A stretch of DNA of 56,678 nucleotides from Intoshia linei (taxonomy: Eukaryota > Animalia > Orthonectida). Shown piece by piece: positions 13,271 through 24,751 of the stretch. The notes under the pieces are model-generated. The model saw only the letters and a program-made list of their open reading frames with translations, ran no database searches and was not told the origin of the DNA. Position numbers and translations under genes: made by a program. The stretch covers positions 1 through 56,678 of the forward strand of contig LWCA01000084.1 of assembly GCA_001642005.1 (NCBI GenBank), written 5' to 3'. The number at the start of each line of letters is the position of its first letter. The first letter of the stretch is position 1.

Positions 13271-13879
13271 AAGCCTTGGACTAAAATAAAAAAATTTTAT
13301 CAATATCGATTAATTTGTACTCGATGACTGTCTGTAGGTTGAAATACAACTCTAAATAATAAGGCTAATTTTTTATTAGGAAAATTTTACATTAAATTAA
13401 AAATAAGCATTAACGTCATAAAATATTCGGTAAACGTGCAATATCAAAAAACTTAAAAATCTAGTGATACTCTTTTGAAATTAAATTAAATTCTATTGAA
13501 CCTAAATTGACGCTTTAGCTGTAAAAAATGTTGATAATATATTTGTTTTTAGTACAGTAATCTCATTAATTATCTAGTTACAATCTAGCTGATGCGTAAG
13601 AATAACTAACGATACAATGCTCTATTCCAATTGGAGCTAGTTGGCCTAATTCACAGCCGGTACAAAATAGGCGTGTTGTTTACATAACGTGTTTGATCTA
13701 AGTAACACATCTCAGCGAGAAGTTATAATGTACTACATTATTCATTGAATAGGCATGATTTCTCGAGATTGTTGATAAGTTGCTTTTGCTGTAAAATTAT
13801 CGCCCAGCCCCTATTTATTACATTGTAAATTTAATTGTCAGAGTTTATAAATTAGCTTTAAATTATTTTGTAAATTGAA

Positions 13880-14954
13880 ATGGAAAACTTTGCTTTTTCG
13901 AAATATCAAAATGTTCCGTATCATGAATCATTTTCACAAATGGGAGAATTAAAAACTGATTATGGTTATCAGTCTGAGAATAAGAATGGAAATTCTTGTT
14001 TAGAATATTCGGATGTTTATCAAAATTACAGATATTCAAATTATCCCATCAATTCATACAAAAATACAAACGAGCATTTAAAGGTGGATTTACCTTCGTC
14101 AAATTTGATTTTTTCTCCATATTCGTATTATCAAAATGAATCTTGTGCTTATAAAAATTCAAATCAAAATCAAAATACTAATCCCAATCAAAATTTTAAT
14201 TTTAATAATTTACCATTGAAAAATTGTGCCAAGGAAGCCAAGATTAATTTTGATAATTATATTGTACCTCAAAAAATATGGAACTGTGAAAAATATACAT
14301 GCGACAAAACACAAAAAAGACTAAAAGCTATTAAAAGACAACACTCTTCTTTATCTCCAAATGAAAATAGTGATGATTCCAAATCTTTTAAAACTACAAA
14401 CAAATATCGCAAGGTTCAAACTCCCTCAGTTATCCGTCGAAATGAACGTGAGCGCAACCGCGTTAGAGCTGTTAACCAAGGGTTTACCAATTTGCGTCAA
14501 CATGTACCTGAAGAATATCGAGACAAGAAGCTTTCCAAGATGGATACTTTGAGAGCAGCAATCGATTATTTAAGACATTTGTATGAAACTCTTGAATGCA
14601 GTGACGGCGAAAAATCAAAAATTTGTTCAAATTATTCATCGCAGAATGATACTAGTGTTGATCCTTTGTCAATTCTTGTCGATAAAAATACTTCTTGTCC
14701 AGATTCCAATGTTTCCATTAATAATGACACCTCATCTAATGACTCAACTTCAACCATTGAATCCCTTGAAATGTTGGATAATGAAAATTTTAATTTTAAT
14801 GATAATCCTCTTAATTCTGTCATTTCTTTCGACGATTATTTCATTGAACGAAAAGGTAATTTAATTATAAACATTTTTAATATTAAAATTTCTAGTATTA
14901 TTTTTTAATATTTACAATAAATTTTTAGATATACAACTCAATACAAAACCGTAA
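13880..14954 (+). CDS. ASCL: Achaete-scute family bHLH transcription factor; exon 13880-14855, probable intron 14856-14928, last exon 14929-14954
   Basis: bHLH RRNERERNRVRAVNQGFTNLRQHVP..KKLSKMDTLRAAIDYLRHL; AG|GTAATT donor and TTTTAG acceptor give ...ERKDIQLNTKP*; AATAAA near 14996. Confidence 0.92.
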
Positions 14955-16662
14955 AGTTTTTTTCTCAAATTGTACATGTTATATTTATTTTATAAAATAA
15001 ATTTATACAAATTTATTTACATGTTATGTATTTCAAATTTTATTTTCGTCACTATACTAAATGTAAAAGGAATTGTCATCCAGTTACAAATTTGACTTAA
15101 CAAATGAAAATTTTCAATTTAAATAGGATAATTGCTTTCGGTGATTATTTGATTTTTCGTCTGCCTCCTAGATTACAAGTAAAGGTCATAGATCACAAAA
15201 TAATTGCATCATAATTATTAACAGATGATTATATTTCAAATTTTAATAAATTTTAAAGTTTCACAGAATAACAATATAAATAATGCGGATTAGAGCGTAT
15301 CCAAATTTATTTTAGATTAAGTCGAATTAATCAACAATATATAGAGTAAATCCCGTGCCGCTAGATTAAAGTTGTGGGATTTAATTATAATCTTTTTAAT
15401 TAATTGAATAAACAAAATTTTAGCTTGTCATTTATATATCACGCACATCGGAAAGATGAATGAAATTTAAACAAACTTGTACCAAACTGTTTATAGCGGT
15501 TTAATCAAAGAAATTTGATAATGTTATGAATCATACATCGCAAATTTAAAAAATTGTACATAATTTTTTTAATTTATAACCATAAATTATTTCAAGCGTT
15601 ATCGATTTATTGGGATGGGCGTTCATCTTTCAAATAATCTTTTGAAATTTTTTCATGCTATTGTCTACTAATTTAATAATCGCCCTCATCGCAATTATCG
15701 TTATTTAATAAATCAATTGTGACGTTAAATTTGCTGCATAATTCATAAACTAAATTATGTAATAAACGAAATCATTATGGGCAGTCATCCACAGCTGTCT
15801 ATAAAGATTATCAAGATTCATCTTTAAAAATAGTTGGTTAAATTACTGTTATACAAAAGTGTATCTAAAAATCTAAAAAACAAAAAATTATTAAAATGTG
15901 TAAAATGTGTGATATGGCTAAACCATACTGCCAACGTGCAGTTACGTAAGAGTATAATAATTTTATCATTTTAAAATTTAATCTCGTTTCTGTTTTAAAT
16001 AGCATATTTCACAAAGCACTATACAGGTCAAGTGGCATAATATTTTAACAATTCTGCTTGACAAAATTTAATTTTTCATTATCTTATTCTGTCATATTTC
16101 AATAATCATGTATGAATCCATCAATTTTTCATTTTTAAAATACTTTTTGACACGGATTCAGTTTGCCACATTTTATAAATATTAAAAATAAAAAAATGAA
16201 CTCGTGATCTAAAATAATGGAATGTATTAATTTTAATTAAATGTCAAGTTATTTTAATGAATCAATTATTTACATTTATTAAAAAGCAAATTTATAATCG
16301 TTTTTTTTTTGTGGTTTATTTTTTAGATTAAACTCATATAAAACAGTTAATTAACAGTTATAATAGTGTTTTTAAAAATGTACTAAATGGTAGTAAAATT
16401 TTAAATTAAATTTAAATTATTTTAAAATTTTTTCATTTGTTTACATTTACATTTACATTAATCACGCAAATGCTGTGAATCATGAGTTTAGAAAAAATTT
16501 AATTTAATTTTCGGTTACATCAATTCACACATTTACAATTTATTAAATTGTTCAAAATTAAAATTATCACGTATTATTCTACATTAAATATAATGCCGCT
16601 GTTTGTTTAACACATCAATTCAGGGTGGTCAAAAGCGTGGATCGTAATATGTGAGATATAAC

Positions 16663-17728
16663 CAGTGGCGGCTCATCATAGAGAGCTGCAGACCTCCAAA
16701 ATTTTGAAGAATTTTAAAAAAATTATTACAAAATTATAATTTTATAATTAATTGTATATTACAATTCAATACATGCAACTCAATTTGTAATTTTTATTTA
16801 AAATTTCATACTATGGGCTGTAGGGTGTCACATTTTTTTTAAATTTTTACAATTTAATGGGCGGTTAATAATTAATGTGTGTATTTTTAAAATAGAAGCA
16901 CTATGTCGCAATTAAAAATATCTAATGATACTTATCCGAGTTGCGCTCATCATTTGAAATATCCTTTTGTAAATAGTATAGTAAAATTTAAAGTTAACTT
17001 TATTTTTTGCAAAAACAACATTGTGGTAAGTTGTCATGATTTATATGTTATGGTATCAACACCCATGCTCAACTATACATTTCAATTTTTAAAATTTGGT
17101 TCTAACTCGATTTTTGTGGTTTTTATCGACGTTCAAGTTTTGGATAGATTGAAAATTTTATAAACATTATTGCATAAATAACCGAAATTTGAACGTCCAT
17201 AAAAACCACAAAAATCGAGCTAAAATCAAATTTTAAAAATTGAAATGTATAGTTAAGCGTAGGTGTTAATACCATAAAATATAAATCATGATAACTTACC
17301 ACAATGTTGTTTTTGATAAAATAAAGTTAACTTTAAATTTTTTTATACTATTTTCAAAAGGATGTTTAAAATGCCGAGCGCAACTCGAATCGGTATCTTT
17401 GCAACACCCCATTCTAGATTATTTTATACACCATTTCCGCACTAACCGCCCTTAATTCTTTGATGGGTGTGACATCCTAATGGGCTGCACTGTTTGCAGT
17501 CCACGACTAGTGAATTTCAGTGTGTAAGCTACATACTGAAATTCACAATTTCAACAGAGTAATAGCCATATTAAAATTCAATACATAAGACATAATTTGT
17601 AATTTCTATTGACCATTTTAACGAAACCGTCATTGAAGAGTTTGTAATATCAAAAAACCATCGAATGGAATTTATGTATAAATACTATTTTTTTGCAGCC
17701 CACCAATTAATTTATCTACGAGCCACGG
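16663..17728. mobile_element. hAT-type MITE (host of a nested element)
   Basis: Left TIR CAGTGGCGGCTC, degenerate right end GAGCCACGG; 8-bp TSD GATATAAC at 16655-16662 and 17729-17736. Confidence 0.7.
16821..17479. mobile_element. Nested hAT-type foldback MITE with ~220-bp internal inverted arms
   Basis: TIRs TAGGGTGTCACA / TGTGACATCCTA; perfect TSD ATGGGCTG (16813-16820, 17480-17487); arms 16927-17146 and 17179-17397; related partial copy from 21410. Confidence 0.85.
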
Positions 17729-18560
17729 GATATAACATAAATCACACATACATATGTACTTTTAAATATTATCTCATTTTACATTTTTTATATTATAATT
17801 ATAATTAAAATAAAAATTTTAAAAATAAAGTAAATATGAATACAAAAATTGATCAATTTTATTCAAAAATCTGTTAAAGTATACCAATACCGTTAGATTA
17901 TAATCTAACGGTACTGATCATTATCAGTGCAAATTTCAATTTTTTAACAACTCTCCAGAGAAAATTATAAAAAATAAACTATAATTATTCAAAATGAAAT
18001 GAAATACAGGCTAATTCCTCGTTAACGGAATAATTTGTCAAGAAAAAAAATCGGATTCCGTTAACCAGGAATTTTTTATAAATAATATATACATATAAAC
18101 AGTGGTTCCCGATTGGGGTCCATGAGATTCAAATTAATATATAGAAAAATTTTAATCAATTTTTTTATTTTAATAGGATAATTTTTGGAATGATAATATT
18201 ATTTATAATGTTTATTATTTTTAGATGTCAGCAATTCATCCCTAAGCCTAGATTACATCTACAATATTATTCCAAAAACACCACTTTCATCCTACCATAA
18301 ATGATTAAAAAATACCATTTCAAATCCTCAGGGAAAAATCCATATTTTCAATATTATTTTGAAAAACACAATTTTACCAAATTTTATGAGAAAACCCTCT
18401 TATTTCAACCACAAATTTGTTTATATCAGTGGTTTTCAACCTTTCATACGTCGCGACCCCTCATAAACAACAAACATTTTCACGATCAAAACATCAGATT
18501 ACTTTTTTTAAAGTTTTTATTTTTAAAAACTTTAATTACAGGGTATATTTAATGAATCCT

Positions 18561-21115
18561 TCATTTTTTTTTGGAATAAACTTGACATATTTTGTCCAAA
18601 TGATTTCGAAATGTTTGCAATGTTTTAATAGACGTGTCGTCAAAATGTTTAACATTGACAGATCGGTATTTTTCTTTTATATTAATTGGCTTAAATAAAT
18701 TTGTTATTGGATAATAAAAATTATAAAACCTTTCCTAGTTGGTTGTACACGGTTAAGACGGAATTACAGTTTTTCTGCGTTTCATCATTTTTTACATTTT
18801 TAAGTGAAACTGGACTTCCCTTTAATGAAACCAAAATTTCAGATTTTCTTGGATTTCTTTTGTAAGTATCATCAATAGTATTGCTAAAACAATTACGAAT
18901 TTTATCATTATCATTATGGAAATTACTCTAGATCAAATTTTGGAATTATCGCATATATATTAGGACAATCTCTTTGGTTTCTACATATTTAAAAAATAAT
19001 GCCAATATTATGTACCTTTTTTCATATTTTTCGACGCTGCTTTTACATTTTTCTAAATATATTAAAATTTATATAATTTCTATTACTGATATAATCGCAA
19101 TATTTCATTGATAATATTTCATCTGGAATGTTCTGTATATGCAAATCAAGTTCTTTTGAAAACATTGCAATAGCATTATCTCTTTCATTCTCCATCATCT
19201 TTATATGTGTTTTAACTAACATAGTAATATAGAAATGTTATTATAATTATGTTTATAATTAAAAAATCAAACATGCGCCCTGATTATAATCAATCTTTTA
19301 CTATATAAAATTTAATGTGTTACCGAATATTTAAAAAACAACAGTTCTAATGCATTTTTTCGTAGGGGATGTTGATGTCTATTTTTCAGTTTCCGAATTT
19401 GAGTCCTTCAAGATCAAAAACCGAATTTGCCGTTTTGCTTATAAATAAAATCAACCCAAATTTTAATACAGGGTTGTGCATATATATAATATTGTGCATT
19501 TATATAAACACTATACCATTCCACTATTGATATGATAATAATTACAACCGATGTGATAATAGCTAAATTCAAAAAGAATAACGATTGTCAATGTGATAAT
19601 GGGGTTTATTCGAAAAATCTTACGTAAATATAAACAGAAACTTCGTTACAACTAATTAAAATTATAATTTCTATTTTTTACGTTACTAATCAGTCATCTC
19701 TAAAAATCACTTTTTTCTAACTGTATTTCTTAATAAACGTTCCAAATTCTTTTTCGAATAATATAATAAAAAGAAAGTTTCTGAAAATAAGCCAGACGAT
19801 GTATAGAATTGTGATGAAACTGGATTATACTATAAACTTTTAATTATTAATTAATTATAAAAAAACATTAATAATAATGTAATAATAAATTCTCATTTTG
19901 AATTTAGTTGAAATTTTTCCTCTTATTTTGACTGTAATTATCTTACATTGATAATAGTTATTAATACATTGACTGTGACTATTCTTATTTTAAATGTAAA
20001 TATGATAATTTTCAAACTGAATTTATATTTTTATTTCGAAACTATATTATGGTTAAATGAACCTGCAAATAACATACTGATATTTTTAATAATTTAAACT
20101 CAGAAAATTCGAATATTTTTCTTAAATATTTACCTTAAACGTAAAAAAATATATTATAGTAGTGCGATTCAACCATATTACGTTTCCCGTTAATTACAAT
20201 TTAATTGTTTTTCAAAATATACCAGAAACCCTTAATAATTTAATTATCACTTTGAATATAGCAATAATCACATTGTAATATAAAAATGATATTAACCTTG
20301 TTTTTTTAGTTTCTTAATTAAATTTAAATGTTTTAATAAAAATATTTTGAAAATGAAAATTAAAAATTGCGTAGAAATGAAAAAAAATCCGAAAGAATGA
20401 ATTATATAGATTTTCACTCATATGTATTTATTGGAAATGTGTAGACGTACAATGCACATTTTTTTTTGGAATTGTAGAATCAATATTTACATTTTCAATT
20501 TTTGATTTTAATCGATTTATTTGAAAAATATTGGTTGAATATATTAAAAGTATTTTTCACCCGGGAATGCGTAGATTTCTCGGGTTGAACTTTTGTATTT
20601 ATATCAACTGGAATAAGTTCTATTAGAATAATCCTTTTTTTTTAATTTTCAGACCGTTAATTATTTCACATTTTTTGTTTTAATAAAATATTTCGGAAAA
20701 AAAATATATGATTACTAAAATGCTTTTTTGACCGTGAAGTCGTCACTTATTCGGCTTGAATTTTTTTATGTGTGTTAACAGGTATCAACTGTACCACCTG
20801 TAAATTTTTAGAAATTCTAAGGCTGTTTTCATTAAAAAAAAAAGGGTAATTTGTGGTTTTGACCCGTAAGATATGAAATTGGGAGGTTGAAATTTATCTT
20901 ATTATACGTCCCGGAAAAAACTGTAATTGAAATGTTATCTTTAAAAAATTTTAAAAATGATAGTTATTACAATAAGTCACACAAACAGACAGACAAACAA
21001 AAATCGCCTAGTTTTTATATAAGTTAGGATATATTTACATGTTAATAATACATATTATTATATACTTACCTTGAATATCATAGTCTTTAATTTTTGGATT
21101 TATGGATTCTCGCAT
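18561..21115 (-). CDS. CDCA8: Borealin (chromosomal passenger complex), 182 aa; exons 21115-21070, 19215-19087, 19052-19016, 18980-18927, 18883-18730, 18689-18561
   Basis: Hand-spliced, phase-consistent GT-AG exons. N-terminal IKDYDIQVKTHIKMMENERDNAI...IQNIPDEILSMKYCDY matches the Borealin N-helix; also IPKFD, RNPRKSEILVSLKGSP and C-terminal FDDTSIKTLQTFRNHLDKIC. Confidence 0.85.
19540..19835 (+). mobile_element. pogo/Tigger transposase fragment in Borealin intron 1; second copy at ~50925-51350
   Basis: KPDDV.NCDETGLYY motif (first catalytic D of DDE_1); ~280 bp shared with ~50930-51220. Confidence 0.65.
20358..21029 (-). repeat. Helitron-like repeat copy in Borealin intron 1, lacking ~120 bp between its two internal repeats
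   Basis: A|TCCTAACTT 5' end at 21029; same conserved blocks as other copies. Confidence 0.85.
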
Positions 21116-21760
21116 TTTGACAATTATTTATTTGTGCGCCGTTAAAAGTTTATTTTTATATCCTAGCAAAGTTAACAGATATAAAATTAAATGCTTCATT
21201 TTGAAATGTGTTATAGACATTGTGTATTTTCTATGTGTACAGTTGTTTTTTGTGGAAATATTGCCATAAAATAATAAATCTCGTTCCAACAGTTGAAAAT
21301 TATGTGTATTTTAATTATACTTGGTGGAAATATGCATTTATTTTGAATTTATTGATATTTTGCATTTTAAAAATTTTTAATTAATTATAATTACATATAC
21401 AATGTATATTAGGGTGTCACACCCATCAAAGAATCAAGGATTTTTAGCGTGAAAATGGTGTATTTTAGGGAAAACAAATTAATATACAATTTTATTTAAC
21501 AAGATAATTTTATTTAACACGAGTAGATACTAGTTGTGCGTTTAAGATTTTAAATAAACCATTACAAATCTTATAGTAAAATTAAAATATAAATAAAATT
21601 AAACTTTATTTTTTAACAACAGTATTATAGTGAATTGTCATGGTATACAGAGTATTATGTTTATCACCGTTTATAACTAAACAGCTTTCTTTTATAATTT
21701 TCATTCTAGCTGTCTTTGTTCGATTTTTATCAACGATCGAATTTTCAAAATTTTTTAAAT

Positions 21761-21890
21761 AATGCTGGACCTCACTTTACTACTAAAAATTTAGATTTTT
21801 TCAAGGAAAATAGCATATCGGAACTTGATTGACCACCTTATAGTCCTGATTGTAATCCAATTGAAAATATATGGGCTATAATGGTACAGA
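21761..21890 (+). pseudogene. Tc1 transposase C-terminal fragment
   Basis: NAGPH...LD*PPYSPDCNPIENIW (WPPxSPDLNPIE motif with a stop at the Trp). Confidence 0.8.
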
Positions 21891-22396
21891 CATTCATATA
21901 TACCTGTTCATGGTTTGGTTTGTATCTGTTTTGGTCTTGATATAATCTTTTATGATTTAGAAACATTTTAAATTTCAACGTGATTTAAAACTTAAGTATA
22001 TAAAATCGTAACTAATTTTGAAAAATAATTTTAGTTCTATATTTTAAATTAATGGTGAGTTATTGAATAAAATGTTAATAATGTAATTCCATATTACAGT
22101 AATAATCATTTGGCGAGAATACTGATACTGATTACTGTACATTAAAAAATGGAGATTCAGGGTGATTTTTATATAAACCTATAAAATATTTTTTTTTAAT
22201 GAATTAATTTTTTTACCATATTTTAAAGAGGTTGTTATGATAATTCCATAAAAGGTATGTACATTGTATGTATATTAAAAAATAAATATAAAACAATTTT
22301 CATAAACATAAACAGTTTTCATTTAAGCTAATAGTGCAGTGTTCTGGTATATACTTCATAATTGATCAATTTGAAATATATTTTCATAATTTAAAA

Positions 22397-23019
22397 ATGA
22401 CGAGTGTGCAACCAATAGACAATATGGAAGGTTTGCCAGCTATGCCACTCGATAAGCCTAGTCAATCTATGCAAATGGCTCAAACAAACTACTGTTGTCA
22501 TTCAAAACACTCAAACCCCCTCATCGTATTTGGCTTTGGCAGTTTTTGTTACAATTTAATTTTTGGTTATTATATTACAAACTATAATTATTAATATGAT
22601 TATATTAAAAGTTTTAGGTGTAATGGCAATTTTTTTTTTGTAATGTCATACTCTGCAGCTGACGAAAACAATATGCTAGATGCAAAATCGAAAGGAAAAA
22701 TATCCTTGTATTTATCTATTACTGGCATAATTGTGGCTGTTGTTTTGATTGCATATTTTGTCCACTTATCTATGAATACTATATCTAATCTCAGTACCGT
22801 CGATTTATTAAATAAATATTTATCTAATTCTGAAATATATGCTGATACCGTTGACTCAATAAATAATGCTCTATCTGATTCGAACTTATATACAACAATA
22901 TTAATTCAATAATAGTGGATACCAGCACGATTGCGACAATCGCAAATTTTAATTTTTATTCGACCTTCGCAACTGTACTGAACTATCCTGGATTAGATAC
23001 ATATTATGGTGAATACTGA
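22397..23019 (+). pseudogene. CD225/dispanin (IFITM/PRRT-like) membrane-protein gene, frameshifted; intron 22566-22617
   Basis: Spliced LIVFGFGSFCYNLIF-GVMAIFF..SYSAADENNMLDAKSKGKISLYLSITGIIVAVVLI has CD225 topology; needs a -1 shift at T10 (22630-22639) and probably another near 22894. Confidence 0.55.
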
Positions 23020-23126
23020 GATCTAAGTTCTCAGGTTAATGATATGCTCGCTACATTTTCGTATTAGGGATAACAAATAACCGGTTCAAATTTATATAAT
23101 AAATTTTTTATTATTACTATTATATA

Positions 23127-24597
23127 CAGACCCGTACAAAAGTTTTAGACATTTTAGATAAAAGGTTTTGGTTCCTAAATGACAACGTTTTTTCATGATT
23201 TTTTTGACTATAAATATTGTAAAAAAACAAGTCATCACATTCCATTATTTTTAATTAATTATTACATTAACAACAACATTGTATCAATAATTTAATAAAT
23301 ATCGTCCATATTCACCGTGCAAAAGTTTTAGGCACTTGATATTTTGAACCGTTTATTATTCATTGGTATGCAAATAATTTCTATTATAGTTATAAGAATA
23401 TTAAACACTACAGATGCCACAAATAAGCATAAAAAAAAACAAATTAATACTCGATTTTTACAAAAAAGGTTACCCGCATACAAAAATCGCCCGAAAGCTC
23501 TCAATATCAAGATGTGCAGTTCAGGAAATAATAAAAAACATAAAAATGGTATTCCTTTCAAAAATAGAAAGAGATCAGGACGTCCACATGTTTTACATGC
23601 CAGAGAGAGAAGATTGTTGATACGTTTGTCCAAAAAAGACCCATTTATGACAGCATCTGATCTAAAATCATAGCTTCCATTGGGAGCAAATATCAGTATT
23701 GATACCATAAAACGAAATCTACGAATAAGTTCTACACAAAAATTGAAAAGATTACAATAATGTCTAAATCGTATTGACTGGTCATCAATGGACTGGAATT
23801 TAGTGATTTTTAGTGACGACAATAAAATTAATTTATTTTCAAGGGCTCGAAAATATGTTAGACGTACCAAATAACGTCATAGTAGATACACCCACATTAA
23901 TAGTACGGTAAAATTTAGCAGCAGTATTATGATATGGGGTGCCATAAGAGAAGATAGACAAAGAATCGTTGTAAGGTGTGCTAATATCGTTAATTCTGTT
24001 GAATATATTAAGATTTTGAATAGGTATATCGATGAACTTCATGATACACGATATATTTTCCAGCATGATGGAGCACCATGCCATAGATCACGAATGACAA
24101 ACAACTTTATCAAAAATAGATACCTAAATACGCTTGATAGTTGGCCCCCACAAAGTCCAGATCTCAATATAATTGAGCATGTATGGAGTATGCTTAAGAT
24201 AAATGTTTCAAAAATTAAACCAAAAAATTTGGAACAACTTTGGACTGTTACAAAGGAAGAATTTTATATCAATATCCGATGAATATATAAAGAATTTATT
24301 CAAGTCTTTACTTAGAAGAATAAACTCTATTATTGGTTCAAATGGTGGTAATACCAGATATTAACATTAAATTTTTTTTTTAATTTTTCTTCGAATATGT
24401 TGCATTTTATTCAGAAGTGTCTATTACTTTTGCACGGTCATATTTTAACAATTTTTTGTTTCCATCGTTTCAATTTACATATTTTGTTAATCGGCATATA
24501 ATTATCTATGAATTTTAATCAAAATTTTAAGATTCGACATATCGTTATCTTAATATAGCCATTTAAAGGGAGTGCCTAAAACTTTTGCACGTGTCTG
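23127..24597 (+). mobile_element. Tc1-family transposon of IR/DR type with a disrupted transposase (23414-24363)
   Basis: TA|CAGACCCGTACAAAAGTTTTAGAC ... GCCTAAAACTTTTGCACGTGTCTG|TA; inner repeats at 23315-23335 and 24417-24437; motifs GRP, FSDD, QHDGAPCH, WPPQSPDLNIIE; stops and frameshifts. Confidence 0.93.
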
Positions 24598-24751
24598 TAT
24601 GTAATGTTTTAGATACTAAGATATTTACAATATAAATCTTATATTTAATTTAATATAATTTCTGGACGATATTACAATTCAATAAAGTTTAAAATGTGAC
24701 AACATTACACTGTATAATAAAATTTATTAGACAACTTAAAAAATTGTTTTA

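Noticed and set aside
13630-13665. miR-2-like TCACAGCC upstream of ASCL
   Set aside because: Stem too short and weak for a pre-miRNA
14361-14864. Overlapping ORFs 14361-14552, 14583-14864 and 14632-14823
   Set aside because: Alternative-frame or antisense shadows of the ASCL CDS
16903-17163. 86-aa ORF
   Set aside because: Lies in a MITE palindrome arm with no protein-like motifs
21825-21835. TGA at a conserved Trp of a Tc1 fragment (and in other relics), suggesting a reassigned genetic code or selenocysteine
   Set aside because: Intact genes use TGG for Trp, and Borealin, the nuclear receptor and DNAJB12 end in TGA; in-frame stops occur only in decayed sequences
23328-23870. 180-aa minus-strand ORF
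   Set aside because: Antisense shadow of the Tc1 transposase
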